A DNA stretch of 64,000 nt, from positions 110,386-174,385 of the forward strand of contig JACPLD010000002.1 in assembly GCA_016186765.1 (NCBI GenBank), written 5' to 3'. Positions 9,765 to 19,277 of the stretch are shown one piece after another. Positions within the stretch are counted from its first letter, which is position 1; the number at the start of each line of letters is the position of its first letter. The notes under the pieces are model-generated. The model was not told where the DNA came from and searched no databases. It saw nothing but the letters and a program-made list of their open reading frames with translations. Origin of the DNA: Candidatus Kaiserbacteria bacterium. GTDB lineage: Bacteria; Patescibacteriota; Minisyncoccia; Phycocordibacterales; UBA2100. The translations under genes and the position numbers were made by a program.

Positions 9765-10376
9765 CTACGTAAGGACTTTGTCGATAATGCCATACTTCAC
9801 GGCCTCCTCCGAGGTCATGAAGAAGTCGCGCTCCACGTCTTTTTCAATTCGCTCAAACTTTTGGCCGGTATTTTTCGCAAGTAGCTTGTTGAGGCGTTCG
9901 CGGAGCTTCAGGATTTGCTTTGCGGTAATCTCGATGTCTGTTGCCTGACCCTCCGCGCCGCCGTGTGGCTGATGGATCATGATCTCTGCATTCGGTAGCG
10001 CGAAGCGCTTGCCTTTCTCGCCGGCAGAAAGGAGGATGGCCGCGCCGGAAGCGGCAAGCCCGACGCAGTATGTGGCGACCGCCGGCTGGATGTGATTCAT
10101 CGTGTCGACCATCGCAAGCGTTGAGGTCACCGCGCCGCCAGGGGAGTTGATGTAGAGGGAAATCTCTTTCTTCGGGTCTTCTGACTGTAAGAAAAGCAGC
10201 TGCGCGATGATGAGGTTGGCGACTTCGTCGTTGATCGGCCCGCCGAGGAAGATGATGCGCTCTTTGAGGAGGCGCGAGTAGATGTCATACGCCCGCTCGC
10301 CGAAACTGGTTTTTTCGACGACCATCGGCACAAGCATTTGTGATCGGGATGTGTTCATATGCCGAGAGTGTATCAT
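9765..10376 (-). CDS. clpP: ATP-dependent Clp protease proteolytic subunit
   Basis: [25 protein letters not shown]...INSPGG. Conserved tig-clpP arrangement. Confidence 0.9.
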   Translation of the reverse strand: MIHSRHMNTSRSQMLVPMVVEKTSFGERAYDIYSRLLKERIIFLGGPINDEVANLIIAQLLFLQSEDPKKEISLYINSPGGAVTSTLAMVDTMNHIQPAVATYCVGLAASGAAILLSAGEKGKRFALPNAEIMIHQPHGGAEGQATDIEITAKQILKLRERLNKLLAKNTGQKFERIEKDVERDFFMTSEEAVKYGIIDKVLT

Positions 10377-11440
10377 TTTTCCTGTTTTTCCAAAAATTCG
10401 AGGGTTGCTTCGTTCCGTAAAGCGTGCGCGATGTGGGCGCGAAGTGCCACAGGGTCGGCATTGGGGATGTGTTGGCGGGCGCGTTCGACTTCCTTTTCGA
10501 GTCGTTCCTGTGACGGATCTATATGTTCCCCGCGAGCGATCTCGGAGAGAATGAGACGCACCTTCGCTCGTTTGTCGGCGGCATTAAGCCACTCTGTGCG
10601 CAATTGCTCTCGTGTTTTTTTCGCTTGCGCGAGATACGCATCGAAGTTCGTACCCATTCTTTCAAGGTCGTGCTTGATGCGCGCTTCCATGTCGTCGAGC
10701 TCGTAGCCGCGGAGCACCGAGGGGTATTTGATCGTCGACTCTTTTACGAGATCGTCGAGGATCTCGGCACGCCGCTTCTCCCGCGCCTGCATTTCTTTTT
10801 CGGTTTTAATGTTTGAGCGTACAGTTTCAGAGAATTTCTCAACACTTTCTATACCGAGCGATTGCACGAATGCCTCGTCGAGCGCTGGCAGCTCATCCGT
10901 ATCAAGAGCTCGCGACTCTTCGTGCGCTTTTTGTGGCTCAAGGCCGGCTTCCATCTTGTTGATACGCGCCTTCTCACGCCGCAAGTGGGTGAGTGCTTGC
11001 GCGTGTTCCTCGTCCGTGACAGAGATATCTTCTTTTGTCGCGTTGATGTTCGCGGCTATTCTTTTGTAGTCGGGCAGTGTAATCTCGGGCGCAAGCGGCG
11101 CGCGGGACGAGAAGTGGAGCACTTTTCCCTCCTCGATCTTCTCGATAGTTACCTTGGGAGCCTCTACTATGAGAAGGTGTTCTGCGGCAAGCAGCTCAGG
11201 AAGTTCGTGCTGTATTGCGCGCTCGGCCGCTTCCCGCAATATGGTCGGCTCGCCGTAAATCTCTATGATTCGCTCGATCGGCGCATGGCCTTTGCGGAAG
11301 CCGTCGAGCTTTGCAGATTTTTGTATGTCGTTCAGCGCTTGTGTGCGATATGTTTGTATCACTTCGAGAGGTACCTCCGCGTACACCTCGACTTCCCACG
11401 CATTCTCGTCGCGTGAGATTTTCACGTTCTGCAAACTCAT
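10373..11440 (-). CDS. tig: Trigger factor (short form)
   Basis: Ribosome-binding N-domain-like start and charged C-terminal arm. Immediately upstream of clpP. 355 aa, shorter than canonical. Confidence 0.65.
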   Translation of the reverse strand: MSLQNVKISRDENAWEVEVYAEVPLEVIQTYRTQALNDIQKSAKLDGFRKGHAPIERIIEIYGEPTILREAAERAIQHELPELLAAEHLLIVEAPKVTIEKIEEGKVLHFSSRAPLAPEITLPDYKRIAANINATKEDISVTDEEHAQALTHLRREKARINKMEAGLEPQKAHEESRALDTDELPALDEAFVQSLGIESVEKFSETVRSNIKTEKEMQAREKRRAEILDDLVKESTIKYPSVLRGYELDDMEARIKHDLERMGTNFDAYLAQAKKTREQLRTEWLNAADKRAKVRLILSEIARGEHIDPSQERLEKEVERARQHIPNADPVALRAHIAHALRNEATLEFLEKQEK

Positions 11441-11454
11441 CGAACGAGTCTATC

Positions 11455-11709
11455 TCATCCTGTCTCTTGCGTCGAATCTCCAGGAATAAATGGGAGTTGA
11501 TCGACGGAATTCCTGCTATTCAAATATGCTCCCCAGAAGTACAGGGCCCCGAAGCCAAGGAGGATGACAATGATAGCAGTTCCGATCCAAGCGCCAGCGC
11601 CAGCTTTTTTTGGAGCCCGGTTGTGTTCGGTGAGCATGTGCCCGGTGTCTGCGGGCGCGTTTCGCATGTTCATTGCAGGCGGCATGACACTATTATAGTA
11701 ATGAGCCAC
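11455..11709 (-). CDS. Small hypothetical membrane protein
   Basis: 84-aa ORF with one TM helix. Its 5' end overlaps the AGCCACTAGGG repeat; true start uncertain. Confidence 0.3.
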   Translation of the reverse strand: MAHYYNSVMPPAMNMRNAPADTGHMLTEHNRAPKKAGAGAWIGTAIIVILLGFGALYFWGAYLNSRNSVDQLPFIPGDSTQETG

Positions 11710-11729
11710 TAGGGTTTAGCCACTAGGGG
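11704..11729. repeat. Tandem dimer AGCCACTAGGGTT-TAGCCACTAGGGG (copy A)
   Basis: Seen in sequence. A near-identical dimer occurs again at 12303..12330; the two copies flank ppa. Confidence 0.6.
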
Positions 11730-11758
11730 AAGGGGATATCTCCGATCTGCACGTTGGG

Positions 11759-12296
11759 CTACTTCGCGAACTTTTGTTTGTAGAGTTCTATTGAGCGCTT
11801 GAGGGCGGCGACGGCATCGCTACGCTTGAAGAAGCCGTGTACCACGATCTCAACAGGCTTATGCTTGAGTTTCTTGTTCATCTCGAAAAAGTGCTGCAAC
11901 TCTTTGAGTGTGTGCTTGTTTACATCTTTGAGCTCCTGTACATGATCGAAGCGAATATCTTCAGTGGGAACGGCGATGATCTTATCGTCCGATTGCCCAT
12001 CATCGGTCATTTGCATAAGGCCGACAGGACGCACCGAGACGAGAATGCCAGAAGGAATCGGATTGGTGGTAAGGATAATGACGTCGAGAGCATCGCCGTC
12101 GTCCCAGAGGGTCTGCGGCGCGAAGCCGTAGTCAGAGGGGTACGTGGCGGCGGAATAGTTCACGCGATCGAGTTTGATGAGCCCTGTCTCTTTGTCGATC
12201 TCGTACTTATTGTGCGATCCGCGTGGTATCTCGATGACCACATTGAATTCTTCGGGGGCTTTCTCTCCGAGCGGGATATCGTGCCACAAGTTCATA
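11759..12296 (-). CDS. ppa: Inorganic pyrophosphatase (family I)
   Basis: VVIEIPRGSHNKYEID...DGDALDVIIL signature. ORF track extends via a GTG start to 12322 through the repeat; ATG at 12296 is preferred. Confidence 0.85.
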
Positions 12297-12302
12297 GGAA
12301 TT

Positions 12303-12330
12303 AGCCACTGGGGTATAGCCACTAGGGTAG
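12303..12330. repeat. Tandem dimer AGCCACTGGGGTA-TAGCCACTAGGGTAG (copy B)
   Basis: Second copy of the AGCCACTAGGG dimer, immediately upstream of the ppa start. Confidence 0.6.
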
Positions 12331-12382
12331 CAGGTCGGCACTATTCTTCAAAGGGGTTTACGCCCGCGCAGACATCCTGCAC

Positions 12383-13687
12383 TTATTCGGTCTCTCTTTT
12401 TTCTTCCTGGGTTTCTTTCTCTTCAACAACTTCTGCCTCGGGATTCTCTTGCGGGACGTCACGGTCTTGCTCGCCCTCTTCTTCGATATCCTCATTAGTC
12501 TTCGGGAGGCTCGTCGTTGGCGACTCTCCGGGCGGGATTTCTCTCCGCTTGACTTCAACACCGCCCTCTTCGGTACCCGCGACCTGTTTGCCCTGCGTGG
12601 AACGGATGTCTATCTTCCATCCCGTAAGGCGCGCGGCGAGCCGGACGTTCTGCCCGCCACGGCCGATCGCAAGCGACTGCTGATCTTCCGCAACCTGCAC
12701 GACGGCACGATTTTCCTCTTCGAAAAGTTCGGTGCTCAAGACTTGCGCGGGTTTCAGCGCCTCTTTCACATACTCTGCCGGCTCTTCAGACCACTCGACG
12801 ACGTCGATCTTCTCGCCGCCCAGCTCCGAGGTGACAACCGCGACCCGCACGCCGCGCTGACCAACCAAGGCGCCAACGGGATCGACATGCTCGTCGTTCG
12901 ATTTCACGGCAATCTTCGCGCGGCTTCCGGGCTCGCGGACAATTCCCTTCACCTCGACGACGCCGCTTGCGAGCTCCGGCACTTCTGCTTCGAAGAGTTT
13001 GCTCAAAAAGCGCGGGTGCGAACGCGAAAGGCGGATGAAAGTGCCGCGCACGCCTTCGTCGACGCGCAAGAGGAGCGCGCGGAGGCGCTCCCCTTGGCGG
13101 TAGCGCTCGCCGGGGATCTGCTCGTCGTAAGGCAAGATGGCGGTCGCGCGGCCGAGATCGACGTAGAGGTTGCCGCGCTCGAAGCGCTGCACGTGCCCCG
13201 TCACAATGTCGCCCTCACGTTGTCCATATTCCGAGATGATCGAGGCGCGCTCCGCTTCGCGCACCTTCTGCATGACGACTTGCTTTGCGGCTTGGGCGGC
13301 GATGCGGCCGAAATCTTCGCGCGTCTCGAGCGGAAAGGAGATCTCCTCGTCGAGCTGCGCATCCTTCTTTATACGACGCGCGTCCTCGAGCATGATGTGC
13401 TGCTCGGGATTGAAGCGCGAGCGGTGGTCTTCATCACTTGTCGGCTCTTCGCCTTCCATGCGCACGAGCGAGTTGTCAACGACGATCTTCGCCTGACGGA
13501 ATTCCACCTCGCCGGTTGTAGGATTGAACGTGGCGCGGATAATCTGGCCGCGCTTGCCGTATTCGCGCCGATACGCCGCGGCGAGCGCTGTGGCGAGCGC
13601 GTCGATGACGCTTTTGCGCGAGATGCCGCGCTCTGCCTGAAGCTCGTCGAGCGCGCTGTTGAGGGATTTAAGGTCGAAGAGTGCCAT
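12383..13687 (-). CDS. nusA: Transcription termination/antitermination factor NusA
   Basis: NusA N-terminal domain, S1 and tandem KH domains (GQNVRLAARLTGWKIDI), acidic C-terminal tail. Confidence 0.85.
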   Translation of the reverse strand: MALFDLKSLNSALDELQAERGISRKSVIDALATALAAAYRREYGKRGQIIRATFNPTTGEVEFRQAKIVVDNSLVRMEGEEPTSDEDHRSRFNPEQHIMLEDARRIKKDAQLDEEISFPLETREDFGRIAAQAAKQVVMQKVREAERASIISEYGQREGDIVTGHVQRFERGNLYVDLGRATAILPYDEQIPGERYRQGERLRALLLRVDEGVRGTFIRLSRSHPRFLSKLFEAEVPELASGVVEVKGIVREPGSRAKIAVKSNDEHVDPVGALVGQRGVRVAVVTSELGGEKIDVVEWSEEPAEYVKEALKPAQVLSTELFEEENRAVVQVAEDQQSLAIGRGGQNVRLAARLTGWKIDIRSTQGKQVAGTEEGGVEVKRREIPPGESPTTSLPKTNEDIEEEGEQDRDVPQENPEAEVVEEKETQEEKRETE

Positions 13688-13799
13688 ATGGGTTGTGTTG
13701 TCCTTTCAAAAAAACGTCCGCCAAGAGGCGGTACTAATGCGGGCAGTATAGTCGACAGCTATCAGAAGTCAACAGCTCTCGTGTTATATAATTGTAGGG

Positions 13800-15530
13800 A
13801 TGTATATTTCGGATACTCATTTGAAATCATTCCTTGCCGATGCGGGGTTGATTTCACAGAAAGATTTCGACGCGGCAGAGTCGGAAGCAAAAGAAACAGG
13901 ACGGCCAGTGGGAGAGATACTTACATCGCACAACACGATTGGTGAGGACGAGCTGCGACGCACGTATGCATATATCTTGGGCATCCCGTTCGTCTCGCTC
14001 ACAGGCACGAAGATCAAATACGAAGTGCTCTCCCTCATACCCGAGCCGGTCGCGCGCCGCAACAACATCATTGCCTACAACCACCGTGGCGACGAACTTG
14101 AAGTCGCGATGCTCGACACCGACGACCTTGCCGCGATCGACTTCATCAAGAAGAAAACGCACCTAAAAATTCTCCCGCGTCTTACCGACGTTGCGTCTAT
14201 CAAGGCGGCGCTGAAGCAGTACCAACGAGGTCTCAAAGACAATTTAGGGGAGGTCATCCGCCGTGAGACCGAAGTCTTGGAGAAAGGGGAAGAAGACAAA
14301 GACTTGAAACAGGTTGCCGAAGGTGTGCCTGCAGTGCGCATCGTCGACACGCTGCTTCGCCACGCGAACGCACAGAACGCTTCCGACATTCACATCGAAC
14401 CGATGGAGGGGACGCTCCTCATTCGCTACCGCATCGACGGCATCTTGCACGATGCGATGGAGCTGCCAAAGACCGCGGCGCCGGCCATCACCGCGCGCAT
14501 CAAGGTTCTCTCAAATCTCCGTCTTGACGAGCATCGTCTTCCGCAGGACGGCCGCTTCGGCGCGGAGTACGGAGGCGAAAAGATATCGTTCCGCGTCTCC
14601 GTGCTGCCGACGTATTACGGCGAAAAGATCGTGATGCGCCTCTTGCGCGATTCGATCTCCGGCTTCACGCTCGAGTCGGTTGGCTTTCATGGGCTCGCGC
14701 TCGAGCGCATGCATGAGGCGATCCGCGCAACGACCGGCATGATCCTCGCGTGCGGCCCCACCGGTGCCGGCAAATCGACGACACTCTATACGCTCCTCGA
14801 TCTCTTGAATACACCGCACGTCAATATCTCCACGATCGAAGATCCGATCGAGTACCAAATGAAGCGCGTGAACCAAACACAGGTACGGCCCGAGATCGGC
14901 TTTACCTTTGCCAATGGGCTGCGCTCGCTCGTGAGACAAGACCCGGACATCATCATGGTCGGTGAGATCCGCGACAAGGAGACTGCCTCGCTTGCGATCA
15001 ACGCGGCACTCACCGGCCACCTCGTGCTCTCGACACTGCATACGAACTCCGCCGCGGGCGCCATTCCGCGCCTCTTGGACATGGGCGTGGAGCCGTTCCT
15101 TCTCGTCTCGACACTTCGCGTGTGCATAGGCCAGCGGCTCGTACGTGTTTTGACCGCTACCAAAGAGAAGTATGAGCTCTCGCGCGACGAGCAGACGCAT
15201 CTCGAAAAGAACATCGATGCTGGGGCGGTTTTGAAGTCGCTCAAAGAGGAGAGGGTCGTGCCGAACAATATGACGTGGAAGGACCTTCCCTTCTACCGGC
15301 CCAAAGACGGCCCGGCATCGCCGACAGCTTTCTCCGGACGCAAAGGTATTTATGAAGTACTTCCCGTTACGGCGACGGTGAAGGAGCTCGTCATGAAAGA
15401 CGCGACCTCTGACGACATCGAGAAGCAAGCGCGGAGTGAAGGCATGCTCACGATGGTCGAGGACGGCATTTTCAAAGCAGCACAAGGTCTCACCACGATC
15501 GAAGAAGTTTTGCGCGTCGTCACCGAGTAG
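13800..15530 (+). CDS. pilB: Type IV pilus assembly ATPase PilB (GspE family)
   Basis: Walker A GPTGAGKST, Asp/His boxes, T2SS-E N-terminal domain. Confidence 0.85.
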   Translation: MYISDTHLKSFLADAGLISQKDFDAAESEAKETGRPVGEILTSHNTIGEDELRRTYAYILGIPFVSLTGTKIKYEVLSLIPEPVARRNNIIAYNHRGDELEVAMLDTDDLAAIDFIKKKTHLKILPRLTDVASIKAALKQYQRGLKDNLGEVIRRETEVLEKGEEDKDLKQVAEGVPAVRIVDTLLRHANAQNASDIHIEPMEGTLLIRYRIDGILHDAMELPKTAAPAITARIKVLSNLRLDEHRLPQDGRFGAEYGGEKISFRVSVLPTYYGEKIVMRLLRDSISGFTLESVGFHGLALERMHEAIRATTGMILACGPTGAGKSTTLYTLLDLLNTPHVNISTIEDPIEYQMKRVNQTQVRPEIGFTFANGLRSLVRQDPDIIMVGEIRDKETASLAINAALTGHLVLSTLHTNSAAGAIPRLLDMGVEPFLLVSTLRVCIGQRLVRVLTATKEKYELSRDEQTHLEKNIDAGAVLKSLKEERVVPNNMTWKDLPFYRPKDGPASPTAFSGRKGIYEVLPVTATVKELVMKDATSDDIEKQARSEGMLTMVEDGIFKAAQGLTTIEEVLRVVTE

Positions 15531-15608
15531 CAGCGAGGCTTAGCCTGCCTGTCGGTAGGCAGGTGGAAAATCACGTTTTTCGTCGTTTTTGCCGCTATAC
15601 TTAGTTGA

Positions 15609-16829
15609 ATGGTTCGTTTTCATTACACTGCCGAGAGAGGGGGCGGCGAGACGTATACCGGTGTGGCGGAGGCACAGGACCGTTTTGAGATCTACGGGAT
15701 CGTGCGGCGTGAGGGCGGGAGGATCGTTTCGCTCTCTGAAGAGGGCGCAGGGAGCTGGCTCTCGCTGAAGTCACTCAACGGAATGATCACCGCGGTCAGA
15801 GAGTACGACAAAGTAGTCTTCGCACGCAATCTCGGTGCAATGCTTAGCGCCGGCCTATCGCTCTCCCGAGCGCTCTTAGTAATGGAGCGGCAAACGAAGA
15901 ATGCCAAACTCATGGCGATCGTCGTGGGGATCGCGAGCGACATTCGACGCGGCTCGAGCCTGCACGAGGCGCTCGCAAAGTTTCCCCGACACTTTTCGAA
16001 TCTCTTCGTTTCGATGGTTCGTGCGGGCGAGGAGGGCGGAAGCCTGCCGGAGGCGCTCTCTGCTATCTCCGAGCAGATGGAGCGGATGTATCAGCTCAAA
16101 AAAAAGATACGTGGCGCCTTGATTTATCCGGCGATCATCGTTGTTGCGATCATTGGCATCGGCACGTTGATGATGATCTACGTCGTGCCTACGCTCGCGC
16201 AAACCTTTGAGGAGATGAACGCACAGCTCCCGCTCTCGACACGTGCCATCATTGCGATCAGCGATTTCCTCGTCGAATACACGATGCTCGTGCTCGGTGG
16301 CGCACTCGGACTCTTCGCGCTCCTTTGGGTCGCGGCGCGCACCGCTCTCGGGAAGCGCATGCTTGACCTCTTCTTCATCCGTTTGCCCTTGATCGGGAGG
16401 ATGGTGCGCGAGGTCAACTCCGCCCGCACGGCGCGCACGCTCTCCTCACTCCTTTCTTCCGGGGTCGATGTTCTCGCCTCGCTCGAGATTACAAAGCAGG
16501 TTGTGCAGAATTCGTACTTCCGCGATGTCATCAAGGATGCCGGGATCAGTGTCGGCAAGGGAGAGCCGCTCTCCGCGGCATTTTCGCGGCGAGGCGATCT
16601 CTACCCGGCGTTTGTTCCCGAGATGATGGCGGTGGGGGAGGAGACTGGGGCGCTCTCGGAAATGCTGAAGCGCCTCGCCGCCTTCTACGAAGAGGAGGTG
16701 GATCGCAAGACGAAGGACATGTCCACGATCGTGGAGCCCTTCCTTATGATCGTGATCGGCGGCGCGGTGGGATTCTTTGCGGTTTCGATGATTACGCCCA
16801 TCTACTCACTTTCGCAGAATATAGGATGA
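15609..16829 (+). CDS. pilC: Type IV pilus platform protein PilC (GspF family)
   Basis: Two GspF repeats and polytopic membrane topology. Directly downstream of pilB. Confidence 0.85.
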   Translation: MVRFHYTAERGGGETYTGVAEAQDRFEIYGIVRREGGRIVSLSEEGAGSWLSLKSLNGMITAVREYDKVVFARNLGAMLSAGLSLSRALLVMERQTKNAKLMAIVVGIASDIRRGSSLHEALAKFPRHFSNLFVSMVRAGEEGGSLPEALSAISEQMERMYQLKKKIRGALIYPAIIVVAIIGIGTLMMIYVVPTLAQTFEEMNAQLPLSTRAIIAISDFLVEYTMLVLGGALGLFALLWVAARTALGKRMLDLFFIRLPLIGRMVREVNSARTARTLSSLLSSGVDVLASLEITKQVVQNSYFRDVIKDAGISVGKGEPLSAAFSRRGDLYPAFVPEMMAVGEETGALSEMLKRLAAFYEEEVDRKTKDMSTIVEPFLMIVIGGAVGFFAVSMITPIYSLSQNIG

Positions 16830-16841
16830 CGCTCCACGCGT

Positions 16842-18653
16842 ATGCATTTTCGGGGCACGCATAATTTTCTGGTGAAAATTTGCTCCCGCTCGCGCCGTCG
16901 CGCTGCGCAAGTCCCCAAAAACGCACACGCGCGTCGCTTGGATGGGCAGCGCGGCGTGACGCTCCTCGACACGCTTATTGGAAGTGCCTTGATGCTCGTA
17001 ATTTTTTTAGGCATCGTTGGCGTGTTCCAGCTATCTATCGACGTCATCGTAAACAACAAAGCCCGGGGGGGCGCGATCGCGCTCGGTAACGAGCGTATGG
17101 AGTACCTCCGCTCGCTTTCCTATCCGCAGATCGGCGTCATCGGCGGTATTCCTGCGGGAATCGTCCCGCAAGAAGAAACGGTGGTGAGCAATGGGATTCC
17201 GTATACACGTAGAACAATGGTGCTCTACAGCGATGATCCGGGCGACGGCCTCGGTGCATCGGACACGAATGGCATTATCGCCGACTACAAGACGATTCGA
17301 GTCGAGGTCAACTGGCAATCTGGAGGTAACGAGCGTGGCGTCACCTTGGTCGGGCGTGTCTCACCCTTCGGGGTCGAAACAGCAGTAGCCGGCGGGACGC
17401 TCACGATCAATGTGGTAAATGAGGCGGCATCTCCCGTTTCGAACGCGCAGGTCGACATCGTGAACGCGAGCACAACGCCGCCGATCAACATCCGCACGTA
17501 CACCAATATAGATGGCATTGTCACCTTCATTGGTGCTCCCGCAGCAAGCGACTACCGGATTACCGTATCGAAGCCGGGATACTCAAGCGCGCAGACATAT
17601 TCGGTGACGGCTGAGAACCCGAACCCAACGCCCCGACACCTCACGGTTGTGGACAATCAAACAACCTCAGCAAGTTTTACGATCGATTACGTGGCGAACA
17701 AAACGGTTGAGACGTTCATGCACATACGTGAAAATTCCTGGAGCGATACGTTCTCTGATACGAGCAAAATAGACACGATGTCTTCGACTACCGTTGCCGG
17801 GGGCGTGGTGCGGCTTACCGGGGTCCCCGGAAATTATCAGTCGCCCGGAACGCTACGCTCGATATCGATTGCACCTTCGTCACTGTATCGGTGGAAGCGT
17901 TTTTCGGCATCGACAAGCACACCGTCGCAAACAGGGATTCTCTTTCACTTCTATGATGCTGGAAGCATGCTCATTCCAGAGTCGCAGCTTCCGGGAAACG
18001 CAGCAGGGTTTGCGACCTCGAGTGTCGATCTCTCAAGCATTTCCACGACGACGTATCCGCAGCTTCGTGTCGATACAACACTTACCTCGATAGATGCGGC
18101 TTCGACACCGTCCGTCGGGGAGTACTCGCTCCTCTACGACTATGGGCCCGACCCACTGCTGAATTTCTCATTTACAATGCGCGGCGCAAAAACCATCGGA
18201 AACAATCCAACCGTCTACAAGTATGATCAAACCAACACAACTGGCTCAGACGCGCGTCTCACACTCTCGAGCATCGAGGCAGATACCTACACACTTGGCG
18301 TTGCAACAACCTCCGGCTACGTGCTCGCCGAAAGTTGCAATCCCCAACCCGAAGTGCTCGCGCCCGCCTCTTCGCAAACAACTCGGCTGTATGTCCTTCC
18401 CTCCACGCCGCACTCGCTCCTGATTGACGTGCGTTCGAGTGCAGGTGCTCTCTTGCAGGATGCATCCGTGCGTCTCACAGAGACCAGCTACGACGTCACA
18501 AAACCAACGAGCTCCTGCGGCCAAAGCTTCTTCGGTTCTCTCGAGAATGCGAGCTATACAGCGACGATAAGTAAGAGCGGCTATCAACAGTACTCGACCA
18601 GCGTGAGCGTGAATGGCGTAACTCGTCTTTCTGTCACACTCAATCCTCAATGA
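16842..18653 (+). CDS. Large prepilin-type (pseudopilin-like) protein with a carboxypeptidase-regulatory-like/Ig-like beta domain
   Basis: Prepilin-like leader ...QRG|VTLLDTLIGSALMLVIFLGIV. A likely TTG/GTG start is near 16938. CarbopepD_reg-like segment TLTINVVNEAASPVSNAQVDIVN...YRITVSKPGY. Confidence 0.6.
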   Translation: MHFRGTHNFLVKICSRSRRRAAQVPKNAHARRLDGQRGVTLLDTLIGSALMLVIFLGIVGVFQLSIDVIVNNKARGGAIALGNERMEYLRSLSYPQIGVIGGIPAGIVPQEETVVSNGIPYTRRTMVLYSDDPGDGLGASDTNGIIADYKTIRVEVNWQSGGNERGVTLVGRVSPFGVETAVAGGTLTINVVNEAASPVSNAQVDIVNASTTPPINIRTYTNIDGIVTFIGAPAASDYRITVSKPGYSSAQTYSVTAENPNPTPRHLTVVDNQTTSASFTIDYVANKTVETFMHIRENSWSDTFSDTSKIDTMSSTTVAGGVVRLTGVPGNYQSPGTLRSISIAPSSLYRWKRFSASTSTPSQTGILFHFYDAGSMLIPESQLPGNAAGFATSSVDLSSISTTTYPQLRVDTTLTSIDAASTPSVGEYSLLYDYGPDPLLNFSFTMRGAKTIGNNPTVYKYDQTNTTGSDARLTLSSIEADTYTLGVATTSGYVLAESCNPQPEVLAPASSQTTRLYVLPSTPHSLLIDVRSSAGALLQDASVRLTETSYDVTKPTSSCGQSFFGSLENASYTATISKSGYQQYSTSVSVNGVTRLSVTLNPQ

Positions 18654-19246
18654 GTATGAAAAACAAACGAGGCCTCACGATGATCGAAACGGTGGTATGG
18701 ATCGCGGTGTTTATTGCAGCGATGACCGCAGTTGTCGTGACACTCATTTATTTCTACCGCACGAACGCCTACTCGATCGAGCAAGCGAGCGCTGTCACTT
18801 CGGCGCAGCGCGGGCTCGAGCAAATCGTGCGTACGATCCGCGAGGGCGCCTATTCAAGCGAGGGCGCCTTTCCGATAGTTTCGATCGCTGCGAACGATTT
18901 CATCTTTTACGCCGACATCGATGAGGACACGCTCATCGAGCGTGTGCACTACTACATTTCGGGTACTAATCTCGTGCGCGGAGTAATCGAGCCGACGGGA
19001 AATCCGCCGGCGTACACAGCTCTCGAGGCAACCTCTACGATCGCTGAGTATGTCCGCAATGCTGAGCAAGGAATCACGACATTCCGCTACTATGACGAGC
19101 TCGGCAGTGAGATCACAAACTACGCGAACTGGACAGCCGTGCGTTTTGTGAAAGTGACGCTCACGATCGATGTGAATACTGCGAAACTTCCTGATCGAGT
19201 GACGTTTGAGTCTTCGGCAGCGATCCGCAACCTCATCGGCAAATGA
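18650..19246 (+). CDS. Prepilin-type N-terminal cleavage/methylation domain protein (pseudopilin)
   Basis: Classic class-III signal KRG|LTMIETVVWIAVFIAA. ATGA overlap with the upstream gene. Confidence 0.65.
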   Translation: MSMKNKRGLTMIETVVWIAVFIAAMTAVVVTLIYFYRTNAYSIEQASAVTSAQRGLEQIVRTIREGAYSSEGAFPIVSIAANDFIFYADIDEDTLIERVHYYISGTNLVRGVIEPTGNPPAYTALEATSTIAEYVRNAEQGITTFRYYDELGSEITNYANWTAVRFVKVTLTIDVNTAKLPDRVTFESSAAIRNLIGK

Positions 19247-19277
19247 AGTATGGAGTATAGAGTATGGAGTATGGAGG
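19245..19277. repeat. Heptanucleotide tandem repeat (GRAGTAT)x4: GAAGTAT GGAGTAT AGAGTAT GGAGTAT GGAGG
   Basis: Seen in sequence. The same repeat family recurs at 27155..27182 and, reverse-complemented, at 60144..60178. Confidence 0.6.

Noticed and set aside
12449-13945. 498-aa plus-strand ORF antisense to nusA
   Set aside because: Arg/Leu-rich low-complexity translation fully overlapping a well-supported nusA. Typical GC-rich shadow ORF.
14511-15485. 324-aa minus-strand ORF inside pilB
   Set aside because: Antisense shadow of a confidently identified pilB; no motifs.
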